Shown in pieces: positions 60,170-64,000 of a DNA stretch of 64,000 nt. The DNA is from an uncultured delta proteobacterium (GTDB lineage Bacteria; Desulfobacterota; Binatia; UBA9968). Position 1 is the stretch's first letter, and every line of letters begins with the position of its first letter. Made by a program: the position numbers and the translations under genes. The stretch is from assembly GCA_963755715.1 (NCBI GenBank), contig CAVWLW010000021.1:1-64000 (forward strand). Direction: 5' to 3'. The notes below the pieces were generated by a model, which did no database searches, had not been told where the DNA came from, and was given only the letters and a program-made list of their open reading frames with translations.

Positions 60170-60824
60170 ATGCAGAAGGCGCCTGTCAGTGACCAGAGTT
60201 CACAAGCGACGTCTCCGCAATCAGCTCTCGTTAGCTCGGCCTTGAAGCTTCCCCGCGCATTCTACGAACAAAAGACCATCAGCGTCGCCAAGCAATTGTT
60301 GGGCAAATATTTGATCCGCAAACATCCGCAAGGCGACACGGTCGGTCGTATCGTCGAAACCGAAGCTTACATCGGACCGCAGGATTTGGCGTGTCACGCG
60401 GCGAAAGGACGAACGGCGCGCACGGAAGTGATGTTCGGTCAGGCCGGTCATGCCTACGTCTATTTCATCTATGGTGTTTTACAACATGCTCAATCTGGTC
60501 ACCGAGAAAAAGGAGTATCCAGCGGCGGTCTTGATCCGCGCGGTGGAGCCGGTGGACGGTGTCGATTTAATGAAATCCCGCAGGGGACTCGATAAACTGC
60601 GCGAGCTCGCCAGCGGGCCGGGAAAACTTTGCCAGGCCTTCGCCATCGACCGCTCGCTCAACGGCGCCGATCTGTTCGGCGACGTCCTTTACGTCGAGGA
60701 TCGCGGCGAGCCGGTGCCGAAATTTAACGCCACGCCGCGCATCGGCGTCGACTACGCCGGCAAGTGGAAAGATAAACCGTATCGGTTCCTCGTTCGGAAT
60801 AGCGAATATGTTTCGAAAATCTAA
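60170..60824 (+). CDS. DNA-3-methyladenine glycosylase (AAG/MPG family; apparent +1 frameshift near 60478)
   Basis: [18 protein letters not shown]; second frame [20 protein letters not shown]. Confidence 0.9.
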
Positions 60825-60883
60825 CCAATGGTAGCAAGCGCGGGAGTCGTTCCGTTTGAGGCGATTTAGCTTCGTTGTGGCGC

Positions 60884-61345
60884 ATGGAAAACCGGTCCTA
60901 TCGAATAGAAGTCGTTAGTAATCGCGAACGCCTAAAATCGATCGGTCCGCTGATCCCCGGCGCGTGGAGTCGCCACGACGATGAGCTCGGTCGGGAAGCG
61001 CGCGGTGAATTTCTGATCGATACCGGCGCTTACGGAGCAATGATCGATTACGATGTCGCTGTATCGCTCCAGCTTCGCGAGCAGGGCACGAGGGAAATTC
61101 ACGGCATTCACGGCTACGGCACGCTGCAGCAGTATCTCGCCAGGGTGCGCCTGCCGGCCAAGACTGCGAGCGGCGCTGACGATTGTTTCGAACAGGTCAT
61201 AGAATGCGTCGGCGTCCCTGCTTTGTTGGAGAAAAGCCGTGAACAGAACGCACAGGTAATCGGAATATTGGGAAGAGCATTTCTGCAAACGGCCTGTCTC
61301 GAAATTGACAGCAAGATTGGCCGGATCGTCCTGCAGATGGGTTAG
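60884..61345 (+). CDS. Retropepsin-like (clan AA) single-domain aspartic protease
   Basis: FLIDTGA catalytic motif, flap-like IHGIHG, GILGRAFL. Confidence 0.75.
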   Translation: MENRSYRIEVVSNRERLKSIGPLIPGAWSRHDDELGREARGEFLIDTGAYGAMIDYDVAVSLQLREQGTREIHGIHGYGTLQQYLARVRLPAKTASGADDCFEQVIECVGVPALLEKSREQNAQVIGILGRAFLQTACLEIDSKIGRIVLQMG

Positions 61346-61419
61346 CTCGTTCGACACAACGCTGAATGATGAGAACTGCCGGCTCGATGGCGGCGGCGAG
61401 GCGGGAGCGAAGACAGACG

Positions 61420-62181
61420 ATGGCGGAGTCACAAGAGAAGGAACTCGAAGAGGTTATCGCCGAGCGCTTGCGCGAAGCGGGATTAAAATTTGCGACGGAA
61501 CGCGCGATCGGCGGACTCGCGCCCGATTTCATCGTGTACGCACCGGACGGGCGCCAGTTTGTCGTCGAGACGCGCAACTGGGATTTTCCGGGATTGACGA
61601 CGGAAGCAAGCCGACAGGCGCAGCATTACCAGGATACGGCAAAGGCTGATGGCGCGTTCATCGTGATCGCCGGTTTGAAGAGAAATTTGCCGTCTAAAGG
61701 TGTCGTAACGATCGATGGGCTCGTGCCGGCCCTTCAAGCAGAATTTCAAGAGACAAAAACGCGCGGACATTCTGCCGAGGTGACGAAAGTAGATAAACTA
61801 ATCTTCGCGGCCATGCCGTTCGCGCCGCAATACGAAGATGTTTTTTTCGTAGCGATGAGCTATGCCGCAGAACAGGTCGGCGCGGTTTGTGACCGAGTGG
61901 ACCGGCGCGAGTTTCAAGGCAACGTGGTGGAAGAGGTGCACCGACTGATTCGTAAATCGACTGCAGTGATTGTCGACCTGTCGGAATCAAAACCCAACGT
62001 GCTCTACGAGGCGGGCTTCGCCCACGCCTTGAAGAAGCCCTGTATCCACATTTGCTCGACCGCGCTGGAGAAACTCCCTTTTGATGTGGCGCAGTGGAAA
62101 ACCACCCCCTACGAAGCGGGGCAAACTCACAAGTTGCGCAGAGATCTTACCCAGCGCTTGAAGACAATTTTTGAATCTTAG
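61420..62181 (+). CDS. PD-(D/E)xK nuclease-like domain fused to a nucleoside 2-deoxyribosyltransferase-like domain
   Basis: N-terminal E..V...L..AG...PDFIV...VVETR; C-terminal IFAAMPF, IVDLSESKPNVLYEAGFAHALKKP, LPFDV. Confidence 0.72.
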   Translation: MAESQEKELEEVIAERLREAGLKFATERAIGGLAPDFIVYAPDGRQFVVETRNWDFPGLTTEASRQAQHYQDTAKADGAFIVIAGLKRNLPSKGVVTIDGLVPALQAEFQETKTRGHSAEVTKVDKLIFAAMPFAPQYEDVFFVAMSYAAEQVGAVCDRVDRREFQGNVVEEVHRLIRKSTAVIVDLSESKPNVLYEAGFAHALKKPCIHICSTALEKLPFDVAQWKTTPYEAGQTHKLRRDLTQRLKTIFES

Positions 62182-62186
62182 CGCCA

Positions 62187-62810
62187 ATGGCTCTACCGAC
62201 GACGATTTACGTCGATCTCGACGACGTGCTGTGCCAGGCGGCTTGCCATTTTCTCGTTATCATCGAACGCGAGTTCGGCAAACAAATCGCTTACGAGCAA
62301 TTGACCAATTTCGACGTCGGTCATTCTTGCGGGCTAACGCCCGGCGAACGCGACGAGTTGTATCGCATCGTGCATCGGCCGGAGGAATTGCTGCGCATGG
62401 CGCCGATTGCGGAGGCGATCGAAGCTGTAAAGCATTGGCGTGCAGAGGGATTTGACATCGCCATCGTCACGGGCCGTCCGCCGGAAAGCTACGAAGTGTC
62501 GCTTGCCTGGTTGGCGAAGCACGAGATACCCCATAGTTCATTGACCGTGGTCGACAAATACTCACGCTTTGCCACGGAAAACACCAAGGCAATCACATTG
62601 GCCGAACTGTCGACGAGGCAATTTTGCTGGGCCGTGGAAGACTCGCTGCCGATGGCGCAGTTTTTAGCCGGCCAAATGAAGTTGCCGGTAGCGCTGATCG
62701 ATTGTCCGTGGAACCAGTCCGACGTCCAGCATGAGCGGATCAACCGTTTCCGCGATTGGCGAATCATGGCCAAAGTAACGAGCGATCTCGCGCTTTCGGA
62801 GCGGAGGTAG
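62187..62810 (+). CDS. HAD-family 5'(3')-deoxyribonucleotidase (NT5C-like)
   Basis: IYVDLDDVL, IVTGRP, WL..H.IP, VEDS, PWN; starts 6 bp after the previous gene. Confidence 0.78.
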   Translation: MALPTTIYVDLDDVLCQAACHFLVIIEREFGKQIAYEQLTNFDVGHSCGLTPGERDELYRIVHRPEELLRMAPIAEAIEAVKHWRAEGFDIAIVTGRPPESYEVSLAWLAKHEIPHSSLTVVDKYSRFATENTKAITLAELSTRQFCWAVEDSLPMAQFLAGQMKLPVALIDCPWNQSDVQHERINRFRDWRIMAKVTSDLALSERR

Positions 62811-62812
62811 AA

Positions 62813-63826
62813 ATGCAGATAAAAGTCGCGGTGCTTTGTCTTTTGCTGCTGCCCGGTTTGTGCGCGGTCGCCCACGGCGGCGAAGCGGACTCGCGATCGG
62901 CGCTGGTCGAGGGCGCTAAAAAAGATGGCAAAATGGTTTTCTACACTTCGGTAGAAACCGAGTTCGCGAGGTCGTTAACCAGCGCCTTCGAAGCTAAATA
63001 TCCTTTCATCAAGACCGATATTTTTCGCTCGAGCCACGAGAAGATTCTTAGCCGCATGAATGTCGAGCGCCAGACCGGCACTTTCACGGCCGACGTCGTG
63101 AGCGTCGGCGAGTTCGAGACTTTTCACTTGCAGAGGCGGGGATTCATCGCGCCGTACAAATCGCCACAGGCCATGGCATATCCGGAAGGGTTCAAAGATC
63201 CCAACGGCTATTGGACCGATCTTTACGATAATCTCATCGTCACGGCTTTTAACACGACGAGGGTCAAGCGCGAGGAGATTCCCAAACGCTACGAAGACCT
63301 GCTCCAGCCGCGCTGGAAAGGCCGCATGGTGCTCGATCAAAACGAGGATCGGTGGTTTGCCAACCTGGTCTACTTAATGGGCGAGAAGAAAGGACTGGAG
63401 TTCATGCAGGCGCTGGCCAAGCAGGATATCGCGATTCGCGGCGGGCGGTCGCTGGTCACGCAACTGCTCGGCGCCGGTGAATACGACCTGCAAGTCGTCG
63501 CGTACTGGTATCGTCCGCACCTGATGAAGCGACAGGGCGCACCGGTTGATTGGGTGGGTTTCGAGCCGGCTATCGTGGCGCTGCATCCGATCAGCATGGT
63601 TGAAAAGGCGCCACACCCGAACGCGGCCAAGCTGTTCATTGATTTTGCGTTATCCGACGAGGGTCAAAAGATTTTCATACAGCGCGGCCGAGAGTCGGCA
63701 AAACCGGGACTCAAGCCTGAGGGTTATCCAACCCACTTAAAAGTCGTGCCGAGTCGAGTCCAGTTGGCTGAGAAGCTGGCAGATTACACCCGACAATACG
63801 AGTCGCTGTTCGTGCGCGCACGTTAA
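62813..63826 (+). CDS. ABC substrate-binding protein, Fe(III)/thiamine/polyamine-type (paralog of 42362-43372)
   Basis: AFEAKYPFIK, DLLQPRWKG, APHPNAAKLFIDFALSDEGQ; start set to ATG 62813. Confidence 0.87.
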   Translation: MQIKVAVLCLLLLPGLCAVAHGGEADSRSALVEGAKKDGKMVFYTSVETEFARSLTSAFEAKYPFIKTDIFRSSHEKILSRMNVERQTGTFTADVVSVGEFETFHLQRRGFIAPYKSPQAMAYPEGFKDPNGYWTDLYDNLIVTAFNTTRVKREEIPKRYEDLLQPRWKGRMVLDQNEDRWFANLVYLMGEKKGLEFMQALAKQDIAIRGGRSLVTQLLGAGEYDLQVVAYWYRPHLMKRQGAPVDWVGFEPAIVALHPISMVEKAPHPNAAKLFIDFALSDEGQKIFIQRGRESAKPGLKPEGYPTHLKVVPSRVQLAEKLADYTRQYESLFVRAR

Positions 63827-63898
63827 TGCGGCAATGGCCGCAGGCAAAAAATTGTTAGGAATCCCCAGGCGCTGTTAAAGGAGCGACTAAGCGCTATT

Positions 63899-64000
63899 TC
63901 AGCTCACTTTCACAGGTGGGCCGCTCTTCGAGTGGCGTTCGGTGAGCTCCAATGTGTAGCCATCGGGATCTTCGATGAAAGCAACTTTATCTTGGCTACC
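63899..64000 (-). CDS. C-terminus of a VOC / lactoylglutathione lyase-like protein (runs off window end)
   Basis: Manual translation GSQDKVAFIEDPDGYTLELTERHSKSGPPVKVS-stop; AFIEDPDGY motif. Confidence 0.7.
   Translation of the reverse strand, partial: GSQDKVAFIEDPDGYTLELTERHSKSGPPVKVS

Noticed and set aside
1-64000. CRISPR arrays, rRNA, prophage, integrase or IS transposase
   Set aside because: No regularly spaced direct repeats, rRNA-like tracts or recognisable mobile-element proteins were seen

Overview
A 64 kb bacterial chromosomal window, moderately GC-rich and gene-dense. Gene content and order resemble Deltaproteobacteria-like lineages; the many orphan NitT/TauT-type binding proteins suggest Candidatus Binatia/Binatota (inference only). 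Housekeeping blocks: tRNA-Pro(CGG), priA-def-fmt-rsmB-rpe, an HTH gene plus pilMNOPQ, aroC-aroK-aroB-aroQ, and a complex I operon (nuoACDEFGHJKLMN) that lacks nuoB and nuoI. Three accessory modules stand out. (1) A tatA / two 24-aa DxxGDG-repeat exported proteins / tonB / exbB / exbD operon converging on a secreted vWA protein, with no TonB-dependent receptor. (2) A five-gene operon of unknown product: B12-dependent radical SAM, SDR, VAO-type flavoprotein, heme-oxygenase-like diiron enzyme and O-methyltransferase. (3) A retropepsin / PD-(D/E)xK-nucleoside-deoxyribosyltransferase fusion / HAD nucleotidase trio that may be a defence module. About nine apparent single-base insertions split otherwise intact genes, several of them core genes, and most likely reflect sequencing error. 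Correcting them reveals a hidden small lipoprotein and a hidden C-terminal coiled coil. GTAG-type REP elements and a heptamer-based palindrome are present. No CRISPR array, rRNA, integrase or transposase was seen. All family calls come from motif recognition by eye; no searches were run.
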